Position numbers and translations under genes: made by a program. DNA of 64,000 bases from Eledone cirrhosa (lineage: Eukaryota), in assembly GCA_964016885.1 (NCBI GenBank), contig OZ024741.1, forward strand, positions 363,754,001-363,818,000, read 5' to 3'. The notes under the pieces are model-generated. The model saw only the letters and a list, made by a program, of their open reading frames with translations. It did not search any database and was not told the origin of the DNA. This document shows, in pieces, positions 38,701 through 64,000 of this stretch (position 1 is the stretch's first letter; each line of letters starts with the position of its first letter).

Positions 38701-41320
38701 AAGTGGAAACCCGAATATCCGCCCCAAAGCTTCACCACTGCCAAGTACTCCGAGACCTCGTCCCTGCTATTGTCGTTTTGAAGGCCGAACATGGCAGCGC
38801 CGGAACCCTTGTTAACATATTTACATATGTACTTTATCGACTTCACTGAATGACAGAACTCCACATTTATATGAGCGTTGAAAGTTTTCATCAGAAATGG
38901 ATAGTATGGGACCACCCACCTATTATCAACTTGATGACCCCGTAACGTCATCGTGAATCCACCGTTCTCAGGCCGCCTTCGTCTGTACAGTGGGTATCCG
39001 TCGCCGCCGGTCTGGGTCTCCTCAACAAACCTCTTTGGGTATCGTTTAGTGCACACATGGTCCTTGTGGCATGAAGAGAACTCTTGAAAACCGGGATTGC
39101 ACGGACCGTGCACCATGTGTGCCTTCACAATGTCGTACAGCTGCCGGTCAACAACGGGGTCCGGTATTTCCGATGACGTCATCTAGAACCGTAGGGTCTA
39201 TTTTGGTGACCAACCAAACCAAAATGTGCGTGTGTGGCAACCCTCTCTTCTGCCACTCAACAGTATACATGTGGCACCTAACAGGCCCGAAAACCTTCCC
39301 TTTTTTAATTAGATCAATTAGCTTAGCCAGCTTCTGCCTGAAAACGCTGGCAATAATATCATGCCGATGGCAGTACTGCTGCCCTGGGATAAGTTTCCGC
39401 GTAACCTCAACTCATGTGGGGTTACACGCAAACGTGATGAATAAATTGGGGCGCTCATCATGCCGAACGAACGTCATAGCGTCCTATGTTCGCTCGTGCA
39501 TGTACCCCCCCCCCGTATAGGTTGAGGGGGAGAATGCACATTTTGCGGGGGTCAGTGTCATTCCTGATGCCATCACGCAAATGGATGTAGGAGTCTGAGC
39601 GCAGCTGCTTCTGATTCAATTTTACGAAGCACAGTCACTCCGACTCCATCTTTGCAGCCATGTCAACTGCAAACTGGTGAAACAGTTCCCGTGACCTGTG
39701 CAGGGTGCTGAAATCGTTAGGCCTCGTCATGAAGCGGTATGAGTATAAAGCCATGCATGAAACAGTTTTAGATGTCGCAGCAGTGGGCTCGTTTGGTTTG
39801 CGCTGAGGAATGCCGAAATGGTACCCATCTTCTCCGTATGCAAAAAGAAAGGGATACTGCAGGGCGTCGTATGAACGATGCATCTCATTAATACGTCGAA
39901 GACCACTGTCACGACTTTGAAGAACTATGTGTCACTTGTTGTGCTGTTCACCATGGATAACTACGGCCACTTCATTGCACGAAGGGGCATTATAACGGCG
40001 TGCGTGCTCCCCAGGTCTTTTGTCATCATCGATGACAATGGTGAAGGATTTGTTTCCAATGCGTATTTGAAACTGCGAATATAACTGTTGTGCTCATGAA
40101 GCATGTTTTGAAGACCGAGCAGTACGTCCCTTTCAAAAGTGTCAGCGTCAGTGTTTGCAGGTGTTGGAATAACGCCGAACCGCGCATCAACTTGCCTACT
40201 GTAGTTAGAAATGAAGTAAATTTGAAGGAACGAAGGCTTGCAATTTTGTAGTGGCTGGAGCGACCCAATAAGATGGTACACCTGCCCCTGGACCTTGAAA
40301 GTAGGCATCCAACCACTTTCTCTGACAACGTTAGCCCCGAAAGAAGTCATTTGAAACGCACAATTGTACTTCCTGATGAGTTGAAGGAATTTGGATGACC
40401 TTGAGGTAGAACCAGTAAGTAGTTCCTTCAAAGGCTCTGGTGGTTCCCCAAGAGGGGGCAAGCTGACCTTACCGTTTAAGCAGCACATTACAGGTGGCTC
40501 CCCAGCCCACTTTTTAGCATTGCAGAATTGGCAATTGAAGCGCATTTCCCCTATATTTATGTCGGCACGCATCGAGTAGTTAACGTTGGGCTCATACTCG
40601 AAAGCCCATAGGTGCCAGTATGGGCTGTTGGGGCTCGTCACACCGCGGGCAGCTTCTTGTCGTCGACTGTTCCGCTCCAACGTAGAATGTTGCTCCTGTG
40701 GGTCGTGGGAAGCTCTTGCAGCAGTAGCAGAAGCCACCCTTGCAATCCTAATGGAGCGCCCGTCTGCATCTTCAGAAGCCATGGAAGCAGTCATAGCCGC
40801 AGCGTTCCTAGCAAAGCGATTCGTCCGCCGTTCCAAAGCCCTGGAAGCAGCAGTAGCCACAGCGTTTCTAGTCAGTCGAGCCGCCCTTTGTTCCGGGCCC
40901 TCTGAAGCCCTGGAAGCAGCAGTAGCGTTTCTATTCAGGCGAGTCGACCTTTGTTCCGGGCCCTCTGAAGCCCTGGAAGCAGCAGTAGCGTTTCTATTCA
41001 GGCGAGTCGACCTTTGTTCCGGGCCCTCTGAAGCCCTGGAAGCAGCAGTAGCGTTTCTATTCAGGCGAGTCGACCTTTGTTCCGGGCCCTCTGAAGCCCT
41101 GGAAGTAGCAGTAGAAGCGTTTTTTTTGGAATGACGTATCGCCCGCTCTGATCGCACATCGCAGCACGTCTCGAGGCGTCGTATGAAGCCATCTTGGCTA
41201 GGCATGCGGTGCGTTGTTGAAAACTTTCAGCAGCTCTGCATTCCGCTGAACATAAGGCGCTCATGCGCACATAAACTTAGTGTCAACCCCTCCAAATTGA
41301 CTATGATTATATTATATATA
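35720..41320 (-). mobile_element. Near-full-length autonomous-type Helitron (RepHel), inactivated by frameshifts
   Basis: Zn finger CQFC..CC; FQMTSFG..FKVQGQVYH; Rep motifs VEWQKRGLPHTH and YICKYVNK; PIF1 helicase motifs [38 protein letters not shown]; 3' CCCGAGCAATGCCGGG hairpin and CTAG at 35720-35723. Confidence 0.96.
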
Positions 41321-42731
41321 CCCCCCCCCCCCTCCTTTCTATTATGTAATATAGTATATCAACTATATTTTCTGTCCCTATTAGCCTACCTTAATTCTGC
41401 TTAAGTCAGTTCTTTAGATATCGTTACGTATATGATAATAACAAATTTTCATTCCTTTTTGTAAACATTTGTAACGAAATATTAACGTTTATAAACTTTA
41501 ATGACTTAAACTACAGCTAATATTATACTACCTTATTGAATAGTTTAAATATTTTTAATATTAATTTATCAAATAGGGTTTTCGAGTCATTTACAGGGGT
41601 TGTTTCCTTAGTTTTTACTTAACTACTTAACTGCATGCGAGACCTAAATGTATACGTTTGTTTTTGTTTTTTAATTCCGGTTGATTCTATTTATTTACTT
41701 TATTCTATATTTTATATTTTATTTGTAATACTACTGTGCATTATATTTACTGTCTGGCACTTACTCACTCATCCATATACATGTCTGTCTACCAACCTTG
41801 TAATTATAAGTAATTATATATTATATTATATTAATTTATTTTATATAATATATTATATTATATTGTATTTTATATTGTAATATTGATCCTTATTACTTAC
41901 CGTTAATTATATGTAACATTATGATATGTTAAACTTTATATATCATGTAAAATGTTTGAACTTTTGTACCATCAAAATTTGTTTGAGGTATTGTACAATT
42001 TATTTTTCCTCACCTACTCTGTAACCCAGTATGAATTGATTTGTTAACTTGAGTACCTTTATATTGTTTATTATAAATGTTAGTATATTGTATATGTTAA
42101 TATTATTATTATATTATTATTGACATCTATATTGTTTGTGTAAATTAACCGGAGATTATCTATCCTATTATATTGTATTATATAGTATATAACTGTATTA
42201 TTTATTATTTATTATATGTGCTACTTATAATTATATCATATTATTACCTCATGTATATTGGGTAGACGTATTAGTAATATTATTATTATTATTTTCATTC
42301 CTATCATGCTTATTTTTATGTTCAAACTCTTAATAAGGTTTAATTTGTGCAGTTGAAGATGGATGTGTGTATTGTTGTATGTGTATGTGTGTGTACGTGT
42401 GTGCACATATATACATATGCATATTGTACCTTTTGATTTTTATTGTAATTTTAATGTTGGTAAAGGTATATTATATTATATTATATTATATTACATTGTA
42501 TTATATATAATTCCTGCTATATATAACCACCTTTGTTTAGCTCTAGGTCTTTTTTGCTTTGGACTATATTTGTAACATGGTTCTTAATGTTATATACATC
42601 CTTAGTAATTTTTATTATATATTTTTATTATTTTTATTATATATTTTTGCAATACTTTAGTGTATGTACACTCCATATTCTTCGGAGCTTCCGGCTTGTA
42701 TCTGCCGATATTACTTCTTGTTGTTTTAATT

Positions 42732-42769
42732 GCCCTGATGAGTCCTTAATAGGACGAAACATTGTCGGC
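42732..42769 (+). ncRNA. Canonical minimal type-I hammerhead ribozyme
   Basis: GCC-CUGAUGA-GUCCU-UAAU-AGGAC-GAAA-CAUUG-UC-GGC, followed by AAUAAA; predicted cleavage after C42766. Confidence 0.9.
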
Positions 42770-42920
42770 TAATAAAGACTTTTGATGTATTGAAGGCTTC
42801 TTTGTTTTACTCTCTTAATTTTTCGGCTCTGTTTAACTACATTGAGCTATACATTTTACTGTCATTTCTATAATACGAAGAGGGTGTTTAACTCCAACAC
42901 ACTCCAGTATTTTAACCCTT

Positions 42921-43034
42921 ATATATATATATATATATATATACATATATATACATACATATATATATATATACATATACATATATATATATATACATAT
43001 ATATACATATATATATATATATACATATATATAC

Positions 43035-43087
<53 letters not shown>

Positions 43088-43316
43088 TATACATATATAT
43101 ATATATACATATATATACATATATATATATATATACATATATATACATATACATATATACATATGTATATGTATATATATATACATATATATATATATAC
43201 ATATACATATATATATATATACATATATATACATATACATATATATATATATACATATATATACATATATATATATACATATATATACATATATATATAT
43301 ATATACATATATATAC

Positions 43317-43349
<33 letters not shown>

Positions 43350-43396
43350 CATATATATACATATATATACATATATATATATATACATATATATAC

Positions 43397-43429
<33 letters not shown>

Positions 43430-43553
43430 CATATATATACATATATATATACATATATATACATATATATACATATATATATATATGCATATATATATAT
43501 ATACATATATATACATATATATATATATACATATATATACATATATATATATA
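42921..43553. repeat. (TA)n/(TACA) microsatellite
   Basis: Seen directly in the sequence. Confidence 0.97.
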
Positions 43554-43994
43554 TACGACGATGGCACACTTGCCATCACCGACGCTGATAAGAAGGTAGC
43601 TTGGAAGTGTCACTATGAAAGGCTACTAAATGAGGAGAATAAATGGGAGAAAAACAGTCTCCCCCATATCGACCCAATAGAGGGACCAGCAGTGCTAGTC
43701 GAGGGGAGTATAATAAGTAAGGCAATCAAGGATATGAAGACGGGTAAGGCGGCTGGGCCTTCGGAAATAGTTGCTGAGATGCTGAAGGCATCTGGCACGG
43801 TGGGACACACCATGGTCACCCGCATAGTTAACCAAGTCGTACAGAATGGGGTTGTTCCGAAGGACTGGCATAGCAGCATCATCGTTAACTGTTATAAGGG
43901 TAAAGGAGACGCCCTAGATAGGAGTAACTATAGAGGCATTAAATTAATCGACCAGGTCATGAAGGTCACGGAAAAAGTAATAGCGCAACTAATC
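43554..43994 (+). mobile_element. Internal RTE family B fragment cut at both ends by TA tracts
   Basis: [36 protein letters not shown]. Confidence 0.93.
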
Positions 43995-45565
<1,571 letters not shown>

Positions 45566-46125
45566 ATCATCAACGTTTAACGTCCGTGTTCCACGCTTGC
45601 ATGGGTTTGGACGGGGGTAGTCCCACTTGAGGCAAGAGTGATTGTCTTGCTCGCATAGGACTGTCTGGCAGGTTTTCTACAGTTGGATGCCCTTCCTAAC
45701 ACCAACCACATTTACAGTGTGGGTCTGGGAGGTTTTTACCGTGTTGCCTACACGGCCACATTACAGCGTGGACTGTGTGTTTTTTTTGTCGTGACACCTA
45801 CACGATCTCATTTGTTTCGGCCTGGATGGCGCGGCACCAACATAACTTTACATAGAACGGGGTGGTGTGGATGGGGTGGGGGTGGTGGTGGTGCGACGGG
45901 GTGTATTTTGTTAGAGATGCCTACTGGCTGGAGTAGGTTTTACTATATATTTAGGTAAGGCGGGTCTTCTCTGTTACTGAGTACCGCCAAAGGTCTCGGT
46001 CCAGTGACATTGTCTTGGAGAGGTGTAAGTGTGTGATGTCGGAGTTTATCAGCTCGTCCCAGGTTTTTCTAGGTCTGCCTATTCCGTGACTACCGTCTAT
46101 CTTTATTGCCCTGCACTTTGTTATA
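45566..46125 (-). mobile_element. RTE family B 3' fragment, near-identical to 49480-50047 in inverted orientation
   Basis: [18 protein letters not shown] plus 3'UTR. Confidence 0.94.
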
Positions 46126-46157
46126 CATATATATATATACATATATATATATATACA

Positions 46158-46209
<52 letters not shown>

Positions 46210-46227
46210 CACATATATATATATATC

Positions 46228-50178
<3,951 letters not shown>

Positions 50179-50196
50179 GTATATATATATATGTAT

Positions 50197-51070
50197 CATG
50201 TCGTTAATATTATGATGTTCCCTGCTGTATTAGCGTTAAATTTTCCCTGCTGTATTAGCGATAAATTTTCGAGGGTTTCTCTTAGTAGCTTTTTCATGTC
50301 GTTAATATTATGATGTTCCCTGCTGTATTAGCGTTAAATTTTCCCTGCTGTATTAGCGATAAATTTTCGAGGGTTTCTCTTAGTAGCTTTTTTCATGACG
50401 TTATTATTGTTAATTTTACTGATGTAGTATTAACTTATTAACTTGGATATTTACCATGCGGTATTCTAATCCTATTGTATCTCTCTCAGTTATTTACCAT
50501 GCGACCCTCAGTTCCTACCCCCCCCCTCTATGCACTTCTTTAAGGCTTACTACCCTGTCTTTAACCTAATTCATTCAATCTGAAAATATTGAAGAGATAA
50601 GACACTTTGCCATTCTTCTCTGCTAAAATGTACCACTGAGCTGATTCAAATTTTCCCAGCCAGCCATCCACCTAATCTACGAAGGTATTTTAGCCTACAT
50701 ATTGTCGTTAATATTATGATGTTCCCTGCTGTATTAGCGTTAAATTTTCCCTGCTGTATTAGCGATAAATTTTCGAGGGTTTCTCTTAGTAGCTTTTTCA
50801 TGTCGTTAATATTATGATGTTCCCTGCTGTATTAGCGTTAAATTTTCCCTGCTGTATTAGCGATAAATTTTCGAGGGTTTCTCTTAGTAGCTTTTTCATG
50901 TCGTTAATATTATGATGTTCCCTGCTGTATTAGCGTTAAATTTTCCCTGCTGTATTAGCGATAAATTTTCGAGGGTTTCTCTTAGTAGCTTTTTTCATGA
51001 CGTTATTATTGTTAATTTTACTGATGTAGTATTAACTTGGATATTTACCATGCGACCCTCAGTTCCTACC
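50197..51070 (+). repeat. 98-bp tandem monomers (2 + 3 copies) upstream of the second RTE
   Basis: CATGTCGTTAATATTATGATG at 50197, 50295, ~50701, 50799 and 50897; each unit has an internal TTCCCTGCTGTATTAGCG duplication. Confidence 0.93.
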
Positions 51071-54000
51071 TCACAATTTCCCTCCCCCCCACCCCCACAC
51101 ACCACCATAGTCTATTCGACCAATCAAACCTAGCATGCCATTTCCACTGCTGCTGCTGCTACTACCTGCCTAACTAACTCTCTCCTCCTCTGGCGCATCC
51201 CAACACACCCTGCCATTACCCCACCACCACTGTCCCTTCTAGCCCTCAATTTTCCCACCGTTAGGGATGGATGAGCTGGGAATACACGAGCAACTCTGAA
51301 TCAATAGATGAAATATGAATCTGCGAGCTACCAAGCACCCACGTGAAGCGCCAACCCCAGAGACCCTCCCCTACGAGTGTCGACAAATGCCCAAAACTCC
51401 GAGTTGGTACCATCAATGTAGGCTCAATGAAAGGAAGAGCAGGAGAAATCGTAGAAATGCTAGAGCGAAAGGAAGTTGATGTATGCTGTGTGCAAGAGAC
51501 TAGATGGAGAGGAGGGTCTGCTAGAGTCCTTGTAGGAAAAAGCCAGTGCTACAAATTTTTCTGGGTGGGAAATGACGATGGATGGGTGGTGTAGGTATAC
51601 TATTAGCTGACAAGTGGGTAGATAAAGTAATCTCAGTGTACAGGGTAAATGCAAGAATCATTAAACTCAGACTAGTCCTGAATAAGACAATTACCACAAT
51701 AATATCAGCTTACGCACCCCAATCGGGGCTGCCAGAACGAACTTAAGGATAGGTTTTACGAGTCCCTAATACACACTACTGCTCTAACAGACGACAAGGA
51801 CTTCCTAATCATTGCAGGAGATTTTAAACGGACACGTAGGTAAACACTGCGACGGCTTCAATAGAGTACATGGAGGCCATGGAGTTGGCACAAGGAATGA
51901 GGAAGGATTCAGACTTCTAGAATTCTGCGACGCCAATGACATGTCGATATGTAACACAAACTTTAAAAAACCCGACAACCACCTGATCACCTATAGATCA
52001 GGGGAGCACTCTAGTCAGTTAGATTTTATCCTCATCAGAGGACGTGACAGATGGACGGTCCCGTAAACACAAAGCCTTCCCTAGTGAGGAATGTACATCC
52101 CAACATAGCTTAGTTGTCAGCGACCTCACGGTCAGAACTAGACGAGCCCTGAAACAGAGGCCAACCTGGAGAAGAAAGATCTGGAAGCTGAAAGTCCCTC
52201 AACCAGTAACAGATTTAAAGATATTTTACTCAACGCCTACGACAGTAAAGAAGAACAGATAGAGACATTTAACGTAGAAGAGAACTGGGAGTTCCTAAAA
52301 AATAACTTACTAGAGGCGACGGATGAGGTTTGTGGCTGGAGTAAGACCTCAAGCAGGAGGAGAGTGACTTGGTGGTGGAACAATAAGGTAGATGAAGCAG
52401 TCAAGGCCAAGAGACAGGCATGGAAAGAATGGAAGAACGGGGGGAGCAGGGTACATTACATAGAGACCAAGAGGGAAGCTAGGCGACAAGTATACTTAGC
52501 TAGGAGGGAAGCAGAGGATAGAAAATTCAAGCATGTTTTACAACGTGAGGACCAGAAACAGGAGGTATTCAAGATTGCGAGGCAGTGTGTCAGAGATAGT
52601 TGTGATGTCATTGGAGAGAAGTGTATCCGGAATGATAAAGGTGAGCTTGCCCTCACAAGTGCTGAGAAGAAAGATGCATGGAAGAGTCATTATGATAGAT
52701 TACTAAATGAGGAGAATGCATGGGAAGAAGAGACCCTACCCCACGTAGACCCTATAGAGGGACCAGCAGTACAAGTCAGCGGCAGCGTAGTAAGTAAGGC
52801 AATCAGAGATATGAAGATAGGGAAGGCAACCGGTCCATCGGGTATAGCTGCCGAGATGCTGAAGGCATCTGGGTCTGTAGGTCACACTATAACCACACGT
52901 ATCGTTAACCAGGTAATACTAGAGGGGGCCATACCAAAAGATTGGTGCAGTAGCATCATTGTCAACTGCTACAAAGGTAAAGGCGATGCACTAGATAGAG
53001 GAAACTATAGAGGTATAAAGTTGATGGACCAGGTCATGAAAGTAACAGAAAGAGTTATAGCACAGCTGATTAGGGACCGGGTGAATATAGACGAGATGCA
53101 ATTTGGTTTGTTCCAGGGAAAGGCACCACTGATGCGCTCTTCCTTGTGAGGCAATTACAGGAAAAGTACCCTAGCTAAAAGTAAGCCACTCTACTTGGCA
53201 TTTGTCGACCTTGAGAAAGCCTTTGACAGAGTTCCACGTGCAGTAATCTGGTGGGCTCTTAGAAAACTAGGAGTAGATGAATGGCTTGTGAAAGCGGTAC
53301 AAGCCATGTATAGGGGAGCAGTCAGCAAAGTTAGGATTGGCAATGAGTATAGCGAGGAATTTAGCGTACAGGTTGGGGTCCACCAGGGCTCTGTTCTTAG
53401 CCCTCTCCTGTTCATCATAGTCCTGCAGGCAATAACGGAGGAGTTTAAGACCGGATGCCCATGGGAACTCCTGTATGCTGATGACCTCGCACTCATAGCT
53501 GAATCTATGGTAGAACTAGAGAATAAATTCCAAACCTGGAAGCAGGGACTAGAGAGAAAGGGCCTCAAAGTCAACATGACAAAGACTAAGGTCCTTATAA
53601 GTAGACGAGAAACAGAACCCAGATCCCCTCAGGGAAATGGCCTTGCTCAGTATGTAGGAAAGGTGTAGGTAGGAACTCCATTCTTTGCCCCAAATGCAAA
53701 CAATGGGTACACAAGAGATGTAGCGGGATCTCAGGAAGCTTAATTAAGAATGTAGGATTCACATGCAGCAGCTGTGCTGAAACAGCAAGCAAACAGCCAC
53801 AGGAAACAAGTACCACCAATCTCTGGGAGGGCCCTGTAGAAACAGTAGACAGCTTCTGCTACCTAGGTGACCGAATTAGCAACGGAGGTGGGTGCTCAGA
53901 AAGTACAATAACTAGGGTAAGAACGGGATGGAAGAAGTTTAGGGAACTACTACCACTGCTAGCTGCAAAAGGCTTCTCCCTCAGAATGAAAGGCAGACTG

Positions 54001-54735
54001 TATGATGCGTGTATCCGAACAGCGATGTTGCATGGTAGTGAGACCTGCGCTGAAGGTGGAAGACTTACGTAGATTAGAGAGAAACGAAGCCTGCATGCTC
54101 CGATGGATGTGTAACAGTAATATACGTGAACGACAAAGCATAAATGAATTGAGAGAGAGACTGAGCATAAGAGGAATCAAATGCTGCGTGCAGGAGAGGC
54201 GGTTACGCTGGTATGGACATGTGATGCGTATGAAGGATGACAGCTGCATAAAAAGGTGCAGAGCACTAGAAGTTGATGGAAACCGCGGAGTGGGGAGACC
54301 CAAGATGACTTGGGATGAGGTGATAAAAGCCGACCTTACCCAACTACACCTCTCAAAGTCAATGACACACGACCGTGACTTCTGGCGTCACGCAGTAATA
54401 CAGGGTACCCGACCTCCCATGGGTACAATGCTGAAGCATATAAACAATATGCCCCCCCCCCCCCCCCCACCGCAAGGTGGTCGTGGAGGTGCCACGGCAA
54501 AAAAGCACCCAGCCCACACTGTAAAGTGGACGTGTAGGCGCCACGAAAAAGCACCCAGCACTCACTGTAAATGAGGTTGGTGTTAGGAAGGGCATCCAGC
54601 TGTAGAAATCAAGCCAGATCAGTTCCTGTATGAGCAAGGCATGGTCAGCCGACCAGACACTGCCCACAACAGGACAACCCGTCTAACCCATGCTAGCGTG
54701 GAAGAACGGACGTAAAACGGTGATGATGATGATGA
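51071..54735 (+). mobile_element. Full-length RTE LINE family B2 (diverged sister of B) with multiple frameshifts
   Basis: LRVGTINVG..CCVQETRW; FVDLEKAFD; YADD; PHD cysteines; 3'UTR and (GAT)n. Confidence 0.95.
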
Positions 54736-55347
<612 letters not shown>

Positions 55348-55813
55348 TGTCACACACTTACACCTCTCCAAGACAATGTCACTGGACCGAGACCTTTGGC
55401 GGTACTCAGTAACAGAGAAGACCCGCCTTAGCTAAATATATAGTGAAACCTACTCCAGCCAGTAGGCATCTCTAACAAAATACATCCCGTCCCACCACCA
55501 CCACCCCGTTCTATGTAAAGTTATGTTGGTGCCAGCGCCATCGAGGCCGAAACAAATGAGATCGTGTAGGTGTCACGACAAAAAACACACAGTCCACGCT
55601 GTAATGTGGCCGTGTAGGCAACACGGTAAAAACCTCCCAGACCCACACTGTAAATGTGGTTGGTGTTAGGAAGCGCATCCAACTGTAGAAAACCTACCAG
55701 ACAGTCCTATGCGAGCAAGACAATCACTCTTGCCTCAAGTGGGACTACCCCCGCCCAAACCCATGCAAGCGTGGAACACGGACGTTAAACGTTGTTGATG
55801 ATGATGATGATGA
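55348..55813 (+). mobile_element. RTE family B 3' fragment
   Basis: [23 protein letters not shown] plus 3'UTR and (GAT)n. Confidence 0.93.
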
Positions 55814-56838
<1,025 letters not shown>

Positions 56839-56840
<2 letters not shown>

Positions 56841-58753
56841 GAAGAGGCCTGGGCCATTGAGAAGATCAAACTCAATCCCAAAGTGTTCTTTTCATTTACA
56901 AAAAAAACACAAAATCGCTGGCTCTACCGTTGGCCCTCTAATTGATGAACATGGCACTCTTCAAGACAATGCTAAAACCATGGGTGAGATACTGCAGAAA
57001 CAATACTGCTCTGTTTTCAGCAATCCTGATATGGCCGATCTGGGCTGTATCGGCGATGTTACTCCCCATTACACCTTATCGGACACAACGTTTGGCGCCC
57101 CTGATGTCTTAGCGGCAATAAAGCATAATTCAGCAGTAGGTCCCGATAGGCTCCTTGCTTGTGTCTTGAAGGCGTGTCAACACCAACTTGCATCTCCTCT
57201 TGCCAATCTGTGGCGGAACTCACTGGATGCTGGATATGTGCCAGAAAACCTTCTATCCCAGTCTGTTCTCCCAGTTTTCAAAAGGGAAACAAATCCCTTG
57301 CCGTGAATTACCGTCCAATCTCACTCACCTCTCATATCATTAAGGTATTTGAGAGAGTGGTGAAATCGCGAATGACTCACTTCCTTGAGAGTAACAATAT
57401 GCTGAACTCCAACCAGCATGGATTCCGTAATGGAAGGGATTGCCTGACGCAGCTACTGCATCACTTTGATGACATTTTGAGAGCCTTGGGAGAGGGTTCC
57501 AACACTGATGTTATCTACCTTGATTTCAGCAAGGCCTTTGACAGGGTTGATCATAACATTCTACTGAGAAAGCTGTCCAATATTGGTGTCACTGGAAAGC
57601 TGCTGCAGTGGATCAAGAGCTTCCTGTCAAATAGAACCCAACATGTTGTAGTCGAAGGAGTCAAATCCAGCCCAGCCAAAGTCAGTAGTGGGGTCCCACA
57701 AGGCACTGTGTTGGGCCTACTTCTCTTCATCATCTATATTAATGACATCACTGACATCATCAAACACAGCAACATTAAAATTTTCGCTGATGATTCCAAG
57801 CTCCAAAGGTTATCAATGGCGAGGATGACCGGATAAGCCTTCAATCAGACCTACTGGCTGTTACCCAATGGGCGGAAAAGAACAACATGTTACTGAACGA
57901 AGACAAATTCGAACTGATCCACTTTGGAAAAGAGGATGCTCTGAAACTCCCGTACTCCCTTCCCTCCGGGGAAACTCTTGTGGCATCTAACAACATCAGA
58001 GACTTGGGAGTAACCGTGGACAACAACATAAGCTGGGCCACGCATATAAGCAGCAAAGTTGACATGGCCCGCAGAATGTGTTCCTGGATCCTCAGAACCT
58101 TCCAGTCGAGAGATTCCCACACCATTATCCTTCTCTTCTCTACTTTTGCCCGACCACACCTTGAATACTGTTGTCCACTGTGGTCTCCCCACACGAAACA
58201 AAGTATCATAAAACTTGAAGCTCCTCAAAGGGCAATCACGAAAAAGATAGATGGCATGTTAGACCTTGACTACTGGGGTCGACTAGAAAAGCTGAAACTT
58301 TACTCACTCCAACGTCGCCGTGAGCGTTATATTATCTGCATGATGTGGAAAATGTTCCATCATCACTGCCCAAATGATGTTGGCATCGCCTTCAGATACA
58401 CCCAAGGCTTGGGCCCCGTGCTATCCGTCCCATTCAAAAATCTAAATCGCAACTCATAACAACAATACGGCACAATTATTTCACCTCAATCGGCCCTGCT
58501 CTCTTCAACATCACACCAGGACACGTCAAAACAGAAACTGACCACACAAAATTCAAGAAGTCTTTGGACAAATTCCTCCAAGTAATCCCGACAAACCACC
58601 CACACCCGGATATGTCTCCGCAAACAGTAATTCTCTTCTCGAATGGGCCATGGTGCCCAAATCCTGAATTGAAAGACTTCGCCAGGTGGTGCTATTAAGT
58701 TAGACATGGCCTGGGCCAATACTGGCCCAAACATTTCAAAGTTATTCAAAGTT
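56839..58753 (+). mobile_element. CR1-group LINE, 5'-truncated, same family as 31021-33696
   Basis: NYRPISLTS, YLDFSKAFD, SGVPQG, FADD, HLEYCCPLWSP, SLQRRRERY; (TTCAAAGTTA)2 terminus. Confidence 0.94.

Positions 58754-64000
<5,247 letters not shown>

Overview
This is eukaryotic, gene-free DNA made almost entirely of repeats. The (TA)n/(TATG)n richness, RTE dominance and SINE types suggest a cephalopod such as Octopus, but that is an inference. Long TA microsatellites form a matrix holding: RTE-clade LINEs of at least 4 families (one near-full-length copy has a 1003-aa APE-RT ORF with an embedded PHD finger); two CR1-group LINE copies; a CRE-like RLE retroelement; a Penelope GIY-YIG fragment; one decayed autonomous Helitron and several non-autonomous ones clustered in a ~27-bp minisatellite; and tRNA-derived SINEs. 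No host gene is supported, and the Tyr/Ile-rich ORFs are microsatellite artefacts. Features not visible in the ORF track are: (i) seven minimal type-I hammerhead ribozyme motifs from about 5 sequence families, plus one weaker candidate, in non-coding Penelope-like/retrozyme-like elements; (ii) a 594-bp spacerless palindrome carrying one intact and one core-mutated hammerhead; (iii) a ~10.4-copy, almost invariant 617-bp tandem array whose unit is hairpin-rich and contains a non-canonical hammerhead-like fold, a candidate retrozyme or circular-RNA-derived concatemer. All folds were assessed by eye.
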